DNA of 64,000 bases from Hormiphora californensis (lineage: Eukaryota > Animalia > Ctenophora). Location: assembly GCA_020137815.1 (NCBI GenBank), contig CM035350.1, positions 7,750,001 through 7,814,000 on the forward strand. The letters are read 5' to 3'. Under the pieces are notes generated by a model. That model saw only the letters and a program-made list of their open reading frames with translations, did no database searches and was not told where the DNA came from. Below, one piece after another: positions 53,301 through 64,000 of this stretch. The position numbers and the translations under genes were made by a program. Position 1 is the first letter of the stretch, and every line of letters starts with the position of its first letter.

Positions 53301-55325
53301 TATTCCACATACAACCGCTAGGGATATCTGAAGATAGATCGAGGTACCAATTAGAGGTCATGTGGATATAAAATTAACGTTCCCACTACAACCCCGCAAA
53401 GCGTTGCTTAGTTTACCTCGATATAAGACGCGTAGAGGGAGTGGTCTTCTGATAGGCTGACCATGCTCGTAAGAAGTGCCCCTGCTAGTCGGAGTGAAAA
53501 CACCGTACATAGGAGAGAGTTGATCCCGCACCATTTCAACGCCACGTCACCATGCTGTATCTGAGAGGATATATCAGGGATGTTATTTATGTGGAATTAT
53601 ATATGGTCACCTTCCTACCCAAGTGTACGTTTTTATGTTTATCAAGTTTCTGGACTAAACTAAACTAATACGTGTTACCTCACAGTAACTAAACACACAT
53701 GGCCATCTGACATTATTTTAGGCCAATAAGGTCATTTGTGTTTTTTTGTACATAGCCGAGCTAAATATCTTACTATTGTCCCATGTACTTTCTTTAAGCG
53801 TGTACTCAGATTTATTGGGCTTTGTGAGAATATGCAGGAGTGGAGTGCTCCTCTATCGGGTTAATCCATGGAATTCATGTATTATTTGGGACGAACCTTG
53901 AACTTTTGGGGGGAAAGCCAATTTCTTCACCAATTGGTAGTCCAAGGGGTACTTGATCACCAAAAAAAAGTTTCAATCTCAATTTTTAGGGGAAGTCACC
54001 TAAATTGGGTATAATTGGTTACAAGGTAATTACATGGTAAACCCAAACCGTAAATCAACTTAGGAATGGAGTTAAGTAAAAAATAAGGGCACTAAAATGT
54101 GTAGCGTCTTCGCATTAGTGGGGGTAGGTGCCGGAATTAAGTCTCTATCTCATCTGGTTAATAAGATAATTGGATAATTAGATTAGCGCATAGCCGTTTT
54201 GGCCAAATATGGCTATAGCCATGTTAGGAAAGGAGTAGAGACAAAACCGAGGGCACTAAAATGATCAGCGTCCTCGAGTTAGTGGGGGTAGGTGCTAAAA
54301 TTAAGTCTCTATATCATCTGGTTAATTAGATAATTGGATAATTAGGTATGAAAATAACCGTTTTTGGATATATGGCTATAGCCACTTGGGAATGGTTTAG
54401 AGACTTTTCACTGGTGCCATTTTGTAGGCGATGGCCAAGTTATGGGTGGTCTATGTCGGACTTTTAAGCTCTATCTTCAACCGTTTAGCCGTTATTTAGC
54501 TTTAAAAGTGCTTAAATGGACAAAAAATGAGCAAAAAAACGCACTAATTACCCTTTTTTGCCCATTTCAGCACCAAATAACGGCTAAACGGTTGAAGATA
54601 GAGCTTAAAAGTCCGACATAGACCCCCCATAACTTGGCCATTGCCTACAAAATGGCACCAATGAAACATCTCTAAACCATTCCGAAGTGGCTATAGCCAT
54701 TTAGCCAAAAAACGGTTATTTTCACACCTAATTATCTAGTTAACCAGATGAGATAGAGACTTAATTTTAGCACCTACCCCCACTAACTCGAGGACGCTAA
54801 TCATTTTAGTGCCCTCGGTTTTGTCTCTACTCCTTTCCCAACATGGCTATAGCCATATATGGCCAAAACGGCTATGCGCTGATCTAATTATCCAATTATC
54901 TCATTAACCAGATGAGATAGAGACTTAATTCCGGCACCTACCCCCACTAATGCGAAGACGCTACACATTTTAGTGCCCTTATTTTTTACTTAACTCCATT
55001 CCTAAGTTGATTTACGGTTTGGGTTTACCATGTACATTACCCTGTAACCAATTAGGCCCAATTTAGGTGAATTCCCCTAAAAATTGAGATTGAAACTTTT
55101 TTTTGGTGATCAAGTACCCCTTGGACTACCAATTGGTGAAGAAATTGGCTTTCCCCCCAAAAGTTTCGGGTCCAAGCAAGAATTCCATGGATTAGGTGGG
55201 AACTTACAGAGGGTGGTGAGATAGTAGCTGATAAACAACTCATTCTCTCTCTCTCCCAGCAATAGCATTTCCGTGATGAATATATATTTATTTCTGATCC
55301 GATAATCACTACCTATTTCTCTGTA

Positions 55326-55405
<80 letters not shown>

Positions 55406-55834
55406 CGTTGTGAGATGTTTTGTTCAGGATTTGTTCCCAATTATCAGCACAAGTGAGCATCAAAATAATTCCACAGTACACAAATATTGGACCGTCTAAA
55501 GTGTTTACAAATCCATTAGATGATGAAGTTTTTCTAATGCCTTTACTTGTCCTAATGGTCCCTAATGCACATAAATTTCATATTTCGTCTGTCATCTTCA
55601 TCCGGCTTGTAAACATAGTTACGAAATTTTTTTAGACCGCAGCTCCTTTTCAGTTGTTGTTGTTATGTCTAGTTACGGATGAAATCTCAGCCTAGATAAC
55701 AGAACACAGCTGCCTTCCCCCCGTACAGTCTATATATCTATGATCTAGCTACATTATACCGCAAGCAAATTTACCTTATACCGTGCCTTGATGCTCTGCT
55801 CCACGAGGGGGGTTTGGAAAGCTGCACTTGGCAT
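50366..55834 (-). CDS. TMEM209: Transmembrane protein 209 (nuclear envelope)
   Basis: Exon 1 55834-55775 (PLVEQSIKARYK), two N-terminal TM segments, WTQNIRTWLARTI, QEYLVHRIGELAAGSCL, FRWESGG...ELPTDSQI, PPHFKV, GRNNLFH, GMLGPVNLGPTGLNMLWII*. Confidence 0.9.
50568..50871. repeat. 39-bp minisatellite (catggtaaccatggtaacggtttgttttcattgtcacat)n in the last TMEM209 intron
   Basis: About 7-8 copies. Confidence 0.93.
52611..52953. repeat. 32-bp minisatellite (ctctcttagttacatggttgccatggctaccc)n starting at a TMEM209 splice donor
   Basis: About 10 copies; the first minus-strand copy is the donor ag|gtaactaagagag. Confidence 0.95.
53862..55194. mobile_element. ~1.33-kb foldback element in TMEM209 intron 1, core shared with 19021-20030
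   Basis: taatccatggaattc ... gaattccatggatta ends; ~650-bp arms, each with two tandem ~165-bp units. Confidence 0.9.
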
Positions 55835-56939
55835 AAGGCTAGATACAGGGAATTGATCGGTTAGTGGAATTAAAGGAATTTCATGGAAGACATGGGGTTA
55901 GGTGGGAGAGTAGGTGGGGTGGGGGTGTAGGGGAGGTTTGAAACATACACCAGTAGACAGCTATTTAGCTGAGTGAATGGGTGTGTCTTAGCACGGATGG
56001 AAGAGATTAACTCCAGAATCCAAATCTACTCTAATTGTGTTAATTGGTTGCATGATGACTGATGAACTATGAAACTTCATAACAAAATAACTCAAACTTC
56101 ACCCTTATTGTGAAGAGAAATGGTGCCTTTATTATCTCTAATTGTGTGAATAGGAAATAGTTCGGAAATCTTGAACATGATTTTACCAGTTTATTGCTGT
56201 CGTCACCAGTATTAATATGGATCTCTCATTACTACCACCTTTATTACGATTCGTCTCTGTCATGATATCTGTCTCTGCATGCAGCAATCCGACAATTGTT
56301 AGATGATCATTAATTTCTGAATTCTGCTGCCACCACGGCCTGTTGAGTTACCCAACAAGGCTGCATGTGCATTGACAAGTAGAAAGGCAGAATTATTGCA
56401 ATTATAGTTGTCTCAGTTGTTGTCTTATTTGCAACATTATTTCTTCAGAAATCTGTGTTGATCTGATCTGCGTTGATCACTTCCAATCAGATTCATCTCC
56501 TCTAATCAATTTTAATTTGTCTCGTCCCCAATCAAGGAAACTCCTGTCAAGTCTTTCAAAAAAGTTACAAATACTTCATCGGTGATGTAGTTGTGTATAT
56601 TGATCTGTTTCAATTTGTATTGCTCATAAAACATGATATGGCATTCTTGTAACCAAAAGAAATTAGAAAATATGAGCACACCCAGTTAGGGCCAAAAAGT
56701 GATATCATTGTACATTGCGATACGGGACATAAGAAATTTTCTCATATAAACACGCTCCCAAATTTAGCTGATCAAGGAATAGTTGTATAATATGTAGCTG
56801 CCAGGTCAGCTGTGATTTATTAACCCGTGATGAGGCGCTAACCCAACATTTTATTGCTGTTTTTACCTAGCAACTCATTAGTTTGATCTGCTCATTGTCA
56901 TCATTGTTTCTTCTGTTACTGTTAGCGCTGGCGAGAGAT

Positions 56940-57022
<83 letters not shown>

Positions 57023-58213
57023 ACAGAGAGAGTACAACTATACACGTGTAAACGACCAGTATAACAGCATGTATTCATGATATTCATGTTGGGAGAGAGT
57101 TAGAGAGAGAGATAAAACGATAGAGAGAAAGAGAGAGTGAGTGAGAGAGAGAGAGTAATAAATGTGGAGAATGGTGGAGAATCTCTCTCTCTTCTTTTCC
57201 TGAGCGGTTATAGTGAGAGCATTCTCTGGACTCTCACTACTGCATTTGTACGTCTTCCCCATAAATCATGTATACCCAAGCAACCTCAAATATGCAAAAA
57301 AAACGGTGGCCAAACATGCAGTTACTTGATGATATTTGGTCAAATTGAACATACTATTCCACAAGTACTTGTGTTTGTTGTGTCGGTGTGTGTAACTGGT
57401 TTGTAGAACATGCACTTGCTTAGTGAGAGATGTGTCATTGACACGCAGTTTGTCATTATCTAAGTGATTTTCCGTGATTCATCAATGTCTAGATTTGTCT
57501 TCTACTGCAGTTCTGAGTAGCCAATCTAATACAAAACTTCCGGGAAGATTTCTCTTTTTTTGTTCTTACCATGTGGCCCTGTTGCAGTCGTCCAACCATT
57601 GTCGATTTCTATTTGCAATTAGGTATCTAGAAAGATGGCTTGGCTGCAGCATACCTTGGCCAAGTCTTAGTTAGTGCGATTTATAGCTATTATTTCAGGA
57701 TATCTAAAATTTAAACGCCTTGCGGCGACATATACATTTGCTCATGCCTGTCATTGCTTCTCTCTACTCTGAACTGCCATATCCAAGCTGATATTCTGCA
57801 CAATATGGCACGATTATTCATTGATTGACTAGTCGACACGATGTATAATAATTGAACCGGCTTTTCTCTGTGTGTGTATTCGTATTCCGTTCATCTGACA
57901 TCATCTAACATTTACTAAAGATCAGTGTCCGTGTTTCAAATTTGAAGAAACTTCCATTTACAATAACATCTCTTTTTCCGATTACTAATTACAGTGCTGC
58001 TTGTAGTCGTATTACCGTAATAGAAATACAGTAATGAGCCGTGCGCGCACGTTGCATAACGCGCGGCAAAAAGTGCATGTGTTCAGCACGTACTAGCGCC
58101 CTGATTGGCCACGGTTGTGCGTCGTCTTACTGTATCTCCGTTTTCCCACTACAAGCGACCGTGTTATGTTTATCGTTTACTAATCCTTGTTGATAAAATG
58201 TCTAGTCCCTAAC

Positions 58214-60179
58214 ATGGCATCTTGGCTACTTTGGCTGTCGTGGATCTGTGGAGTTACGTTTGGCCAGCATAGTGGTAAAGAGACATCCTTTCTTGTGAGC
58301 CTGTTCGACAGTAGAGACGATGGGGCTGAAAAGGGTTACCACAACCCGGAGAGATTCGGCCGTAATCCAGAGGTACATTCTTAATGTAATTCATGAGAGA
58401 ACAAATTATACTTTTTGATGTGTGAGTATAAAACTTGTCGAGACATGTGTTTGTTTCAGACGTGTGGTGATTACTTTACAACGGGAGTGGAGGGAATGTG
58501 CCCAATGAAGGACACGTGCTGTGGAAAGCGTCATAATATCAGCACTGTTGAGATTTACTGCTGTCACGAGACTGAAAAGTGAGTTCAATAATGGGCGGTT
58601 TGATCCAGTGAGGGAGAGAGATAGGGAGAGAAAAAGAGACACTGCACAGGGTCAGGCGATTCAAGGAGCGAAAGCATACTATATGAAATGAATTTCCGGT
58701 CAATTTAGTGAGTAGAAGAAGCTGCGTATGCTTGTAAGGTAGAGAGATACAGATAGAGATGGAGATAGAGAGAGAGAGAAAAAGAGAGAGGGAGATTTAA
58801 AGAGATGATAGCTACGTTGTACATTTTCTTTCCCTGCAATAACTTCATTGTCAGTTATCTATAAAATTATGAAGATGAGACAAATATTAGTAGTGGCAAC
58901 ACATGCGTGTTTCAACTTTTTATTTTGTAGTTTCTTATCGAGTAGAAATGGTTGTTTCCGTATAACAGAGTCATCAAATTGAAAATTGCTTGCACGGCTT
59001 CTCTCGGCATAGAAAGATAGCGAGAGACGGGGAGGGAGAGAGACAGAAAGATAGAAAAGAGATCTAATAAACGTGGATAGTTCGAGTCACTATATCCACA
59101 CTTCTTGGATACACGTGTCGTTAACAAATTCATTCTGTGTAGGTGTTGCGAGGGTGAATGTTGTGGGGAGCAAGGTTTGTGCTGTAAAGAACCGGACAGT
59201 ACCAGTGGACTTTGCTGTCCTAAAATCAGGTTCGATCTTGAACAGTTTTCCAACTTCTCTCCTAGTTCGAATTGCTATACTAATTGTTAAATTGTTTAAC
59301 TCAATAAATGCTGTACTAATTTATTGGGGGGGGGGGGTCCAGCCCTAAAAAAAGCTAAGCTATCGGCCAAAATCAGGGTACCTTTAGCTTTTTTAAGCTT
59401 TTTTAGCTTTTTTAGCTTTTTTAGCCTTTTTTAGCTTTTTTTTAAAGCTTTTTTAAGCTTTTTTTAGGCTAAAAAAAGCTAAAAAAAAGCTAAAAAAAAA
59501 GCTAAAATTGAGTTTTTAGTGGATTCATATAGGTTCGAATCCCGCTGACGCCAAATTTTTTAAACTTTTATTATAACGTTTTATAACGTTTTTTGAACTT
59601 TTTTAAAACTGTTTTTATCAAATTTGAATAATATTTTTATCGAAAAAATGTCTCCAGAAAATGGCAGTAGGGGTGGATACAGAAATTGCTATGTATGGAC
59701 ATAAACGGTAGATTATGGTAAAAAAATGTGCAGGAAATGAACAAATGCAGTCAATAGACGTCCGGAAGGATGAAAATTTAATGGAAAAGTGTCAAGATGA
59801 ATGCTGAAAAAACATAAAAAGTAGGGCTAAAAAAAGCTAAAAAAAGCCAACATAAAAAAAGCAATCGACCAAAATCAGGGTACCTTTAGCTTTTTTTAGG
59901 GCTGGACCCCCCCTTTATTGTTATTTTTTAAAGAATGATGCACTAATTGTTTTCTAATTCAGAGGGTGCTGTACGGATGTTCAGGGGAAGGTGACGTGTT
60001 GTAGTACAATGTTGGGTCGATATTGGTGGGTGATTGCCGTTATCCTTCTTGTCTACATCGTATCACGGCTAACAATGATGATCAGGAAATATCAGAGTAT
60101 GCCCCACATAGGGGATGAAAAACTGAAAGAAGATAGAGAGCTGAAGAAGAAGATAAAATCTATGACGTACTGTTGCTAA
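58214..60179 (+). CDS. 193-aa single-pass membrane protein with a granulin-like vicinal-Cys (CC) ectodomain
   Basis: Exons 58214-58372, 58460-58578, 59143-59229 and 59963-60179 join in frame: signal peptide MASWLLWLSWICGVTFG, 2 single Cys + 8 CC pairs, TM YWWVIAVILLVYIV, charged tail ending YCC*. Confidence 0.8.
58847..58905 (+). mobile_element. Short remnant resembling the Penelope pLTR 3' tail
   Basis: attgtcagttatctataaa...gaagatgagac...gtggcaacacatg parallels 8532-8602 (attgtctcagttgtccataaa...gaagatgagac...gtggcaacacatg). Confidence 0.55.
59326..59913. mobile_element. MITE with G-run termini and (ttttttagc)/(gctaaaaaa) subterminal repeats
   Basis: Gn-tccagccctaaaaaaagctaa ... ttagctttttttagggctgga-Cn; tttatt on both flanks; internal B-box-like ggttcgaatccc. 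Confidence 0.8.
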
Positions 60180-60260
60180 CGAGAGAGAGTTGCTTGGTGT
60201 ATACTGATTTCTTCAGGTTGCCGTGTCATAGAGAACACTAAGTTTCAAACAAATTTAGTT

Positions 60261-60300
60261 GAGCCTGATGATGATGCTGAGCATCGAAATTGATAGCAGT
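60261..60300 (+). ncRNA. Solitary hammerhead-like core
   Basis: CTGATGA(60265-71)-t-GATGC-tga-GCATC-GAAA-ttgATA; same geometry as the pLTR core but a different stem II. Stem I is only ~2 bp. Confidence 0.4.
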
Positions 60301-60656
60301 CTTCCACTGAATTAACCCCGTCTACAGTGTTGGTGTGCATGCAAAGGGTTTGAAAATCAGACATAATACGTGTGTCAGTTTTTGCATATTGTACATGTAT
60401 AGATCATTGATATATTCAGTATGATATACATCATGTGAATTTTAAAACACCCTGTGTTTCTATTGGTGATCCGAGCTGCAGAGAAAGGGATAGGGTTCAC
60501 AGGGACATGGGTCGATGCAACATGACAGTGGAAAGAGGTAGAGGAGGGGGGTAGGATGGCGGGAGTAACGAAGGAGACTGGCAGTGATATTACTTCTAAA
60601 GCTTGTAAAAATAAAACCTGAAATCACTCACAACACAAACAATTTAACGTGTATTT

Positions 60657-62955
60657 TCAGCTTGCTTCTTTGTTATCAAGGCTCTTTAAAAGGCGGAACA
60701 ATCCAGTGGCCTCTCGTATCCGACTATGTTCGATACAAAACGCCTGCAGGAAATGAATTTTCATTGTTATTTTTTGTTATTATGTTCTAATCTTCGTTTG
60801 TACATATTTGCGGGATGCAGTGAAGGAGGGTCGAGCAAGGCAAGATTTGTTTAGAGACCCCCTGGAAACTCCCGCGAACCTTGCTCGACCCTGTTCCCCG
60901 CGGTTTGAACAAAACAACACAAACCTGTATCTCAATGAGTATATCCTGAACATTAACAAGCCGGTTCCGGATAAGAGAAGTGAGAAACACACAGACCAGC
61001 CTCACAAACCTGCAGGGGGGGGGGGCATTGTTATGAACCACATTCGCACATCCTTTAGGACCACGGAAATCTCCATGAATTGTATATAACACTCATATAT
61101 TGTGGTCATTTCAAATACTCTCTTATGTGATATTTAATACTACTAAAACACGATGAGACCCCCTTACTGACCGGTGTTGTGTATTCTTGTCGGGTATGTC
61201 CGAACAGCTTGAAATACAGTTCCGAATGTAATACTGGATAAACTGAGGAGGTAGCTCCAGGCTGGCGGTTATTTTGTTCACCACCTCCAGGGCCGGAAGG
61301 GATAGCTCCATGTTGATGAGCGATGTGAGGTACTCCCCGAACTGCTGGCCTTGTGCCAGGATTAACAGCACCTCCACTGCCAGAGCGGGGTTGTTTTCAA
61401 CGAGACGAGGGAGGGATGAGGGCGAGATGGGGAGGACGCTGTAGGGCGTCCTCACGGGACTGTAGCTCTCTCTTCACTTTTTCTAGTTGAGGCGGCATAA
61501 GGGCCTGTCTGTGGGGTGGAACAGGGTGTCAGAAGGGGAAGGAACATCACGATAAAAGAGATCGTATGTCTTGAGGTTTAAATACTGAATTTGAGGAGTA
61601 CTTTTACGTACTTTTGTGCCAGTGAGAACAGTTTCTTGAAGTCATCTTGTTTTCCCTCAGCCTGAGAGATGCTGGCGTCCCAGTGGAATGAGTAATCTAG
61701 GTCGTTAGGCCACATCCATATAAGCTCCTCTTCTGAGATCGCCAGAGGAGGGGGAAGTCGGGAGAAGGGTGGTACAAATACAGACTCAGTCAATTCACCA
61801 TCAAATAACTGACTGAGGACCTCCTTATAGTGGCTTTCCTCCCTTGAATCGTTCTCTGGGTCGTCTAGTATGATTGACAAACCGCTATCTGAAACAATAC
61901 GTCAGTCATTCTGAGAGTTTTCGGAGTGACAGAAATCAGCGTGCAAGGCGAGTTGTAAGCGCGTATGATTGCGCGTTCTGCGCTGAGATCTCACCTCAAT
62001 ATGTCCCGCGCCCGCTCAACATGCGAATAAGCCGCGGGAACTTTGTGCCCGAACGCGAAAACTCAGTCACTCACTCAAGACTGCAATCGTCATGGACTGA
62101 CTGCACAATGTAACTGAGAAACAGGGGTAACGAATCTCAATTTTCCTATTAACAAACCTGCTTTTGGGGTGTAGGGGAAGTTTTTGAGGGGTTGGTTGAC
62201 GACCTTACAGTTTTGTACAATCTGGGTAGCGGTTGAGGAGAGGGTATGTGAGGAAAACGGTAGAAGGCTGATAAAGTATGCTGCTGAGAGAACACTGAAA
62301 GGAATTAATGTGATAGTAACGATAATAGAACCTCATTGTCCCCCTATCTAATATTTTATAATCACTCAGTAATGCATTGTTCGACCCTCTCTTACTACAA
62401 ATCCCAACACTAACCGCTGGTCGGTATTGTGCCTGTTAACATAGTTGAAGATGGTCCTGTTAAAGGGGTTTAGTTCCTGGGGTTGTCCAATGTAACACAA
62501 CAAAAAGAGGCAGTTGATCACCTCCGCCTCTCCATCCAACAGAAACTCCTGTTGCAGAAGGGAGGACATGCACTGACCCATCTGGGAGGGGAGGTTTATT
62601 TAGTTTCTGTAGCCGGCGTAAAATCTGAAAATTACGAGTCTTTATTGAGTTTTAATAAAGTTGATTTTTGAGGTGTTTTACTACTATTTTGACCTAAGTC
62701 CTAATTTTCGATGAGTTTTGATTAGTTTAATCGAGCCCGGTCATGACCTAAAATCGCAGGTCACGCAAAGACAGTGGGACACCCTGCATATTAGAGCTAG
62801 GGATAGGTGTCTTGGTTGATACCATCACAATAATGGCCTACCTTGAAATGTAGACATTTGGGACATAACACGTCGAACTGTTTCCCAATGCTCTCCAGGG
62901 TGTCCTGAGTTCTCTTGATAAGCTCAGCAACAGCACACAAACTGGCTTTCTCCAT
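60657..62955 (-). CDS. CNOT11: CCR4-NOT complex subunit 11
   Basis: [16 protein letters not shown]...[18 protein letters not shown]...[23 protein letters not shown]...IEIQ|[20 protein letters not shown] match the conserved CNOT11 C-terminal domain; ATG at 62955. Confidence 0.93.
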
Positions 62956-63123
62956 TGCTACACAGCAGCTATACAGAGGTTATTGAGATTAAATGGAGAA
63001 GTTAAAAAGAACACGTCGAAGGGCAGAAAAGACTAAAACGAATGATATACTAAAAATCCCATAATCAAAGAAAAAAGAACGAGACACAACATGTCTTTAT
63101 CAATAAGAAGAAAGTCACAGTTC

Positions 63124-64000
63124 TTATTTGATGCCACAGCCTCGCATGGAGGGTGCAGTAATAACTTCACCGTTCACCTTCCAAGGAACACCCTTATACA
63201 GAGCATGACCCTCCGCAGAAACCAGGAAATCGGGCTGGACACCCTCGAAAACCTTCTTTTTTGGGTTCAACTGCTCCACTGGGGTAGCGGGGTATCCCTC
63301 GACTGTTACCTTGTCGCCCGGTTTAGATCCGGCGGGCGGGGCCAGGATTTCAACTTTTTCAGGAGTACTTGCACACATGACCATTGCATGGGACATGATA
63401 CCTGGAGATGGGGGGGGGGATAAGTCATGGATAGAGGGTGGTAGAAGAGGAGAGGATAAGGAAATAAAACTATCAATAAAATCTCACCCCTCATCTTGGC
63501 AGGCTTCAAGTTGCACAACAGAATACACGGTCTATTCTGCATCTCTTCAATGGGAATGTGTTTCACCAGTCCGCTAATGACCTGTCGAGGCTTCTCCTCC
63601 CCAACCTCAACCTCCTCAAGATAGAGCCCATCTGCGTCAGGGTGCCGTGTGGCAGTTTTAATTAGAGCCACCCGCATATCCAACCGGGACACGTCCACGG
63701 GAAGGGCCTCAGCTCCACCGGCAGCCGGTTTGGCAGCTTTGGGTGCTGCAGCCTGAGTGGGAGAGAGATGTACTATCACACATCATCATACTAGTATCAT
63801 GGCACGATACATGAAATAAATATATGTTATCGTGTACCTTCTTTTGCTGCTTCTTTGGCTGTTGTTTCTGCTCCGTTTTGGGGGGCTCAGACACTGCAGG
63901 TTTAACAGGAGCTACTGCAGGTGTAACAGAAGCGGCGGCTACTGCAGGTTTCGCTATATTGGCTCCTGGTAATGGCACCTGCTTACGGCCATTCATCACC
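63124..64000 (-). CDS. AIMP1: AIMP1/p43 (EMAP-II-like tRNA-binding OB fold), 3' part
   Basis: DVSRLDMRV...HPDADGLY...VISGLVKHIP...CNLKPAKMRG|IMSHAMVMCAS...LNPKKKVFE...GIK*. Upstream NGRKQVPLP favours AIMP1 over a MetRS/TyrRS C-terminal domain. Confidence 0.82.

Noticed and set aside
56100-57700. Possible decayed retroelement
   Set aside because: No recognisable RT or endonuclease motif could be read with confidence.
60828-60892. Divergent CNOT11 C-terminus ([10 protein letters not shown]...) in the ORF track
   Set aside because: Intron containing a small inverted repeat; the true last exon ([11 protein letters not shown]...) follows at ~60743-60657.

Overview
Eukaryotic (animal) genomic DNA with GT-AG intron-containing genes, many (AG)n/(CT)n microsatellites and dense small non-autonomous transposons. 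The taxon cannot be fixed from the sequence alone; a non-bilaterian such as a ctenophore is only a guess from style. Genes assembled by hand from splice sites: 5' part of a ferlin (-), an intronless unknown ORF (+), a two-pore-domain K+ channel (-), unassigned minus-strand exons, a GAS2-type calponin-homology protein (+), a White/ABCG transporter (-), MRPL49 (-), TMEM209 (-), a vicinal-cysteine-rich single-pass membrane protein (+), CNOT11 (-) and the 3' part of AIMP1 (-). Mobile DNA: a young 5'-truncated Penelope-like retroelement with an inverted pLTR, 12-bp TSD and hammerhead-like cores, two related 1-1.3 kb foldback palindromes, a long-TIR element, hAT- and Tc1/pogo-type MITEs, Helentron-like elements and a probable tRNA-derived SINE. 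The most notable signals are: (1) operon-like, same-strand gene packing with unpaired splice acceptors just before start codons and a shared TGATAAA(GACAT) 3' motif, suggesting trans-splicing-resolved polycistrons; (2) four unrelated intron-filling minisatellites that all carry an RFX X-box-like palindrome, which is also scattered through the window; (3) a candidate mutually exclusive exon pair in ferlin C2A; (4) a granulin-like membrane protein with a hammerhead-like core just 3' of its stop. Several stretches look like low-quality long-read consensus, so apparent frameshifts there should not be over-read.
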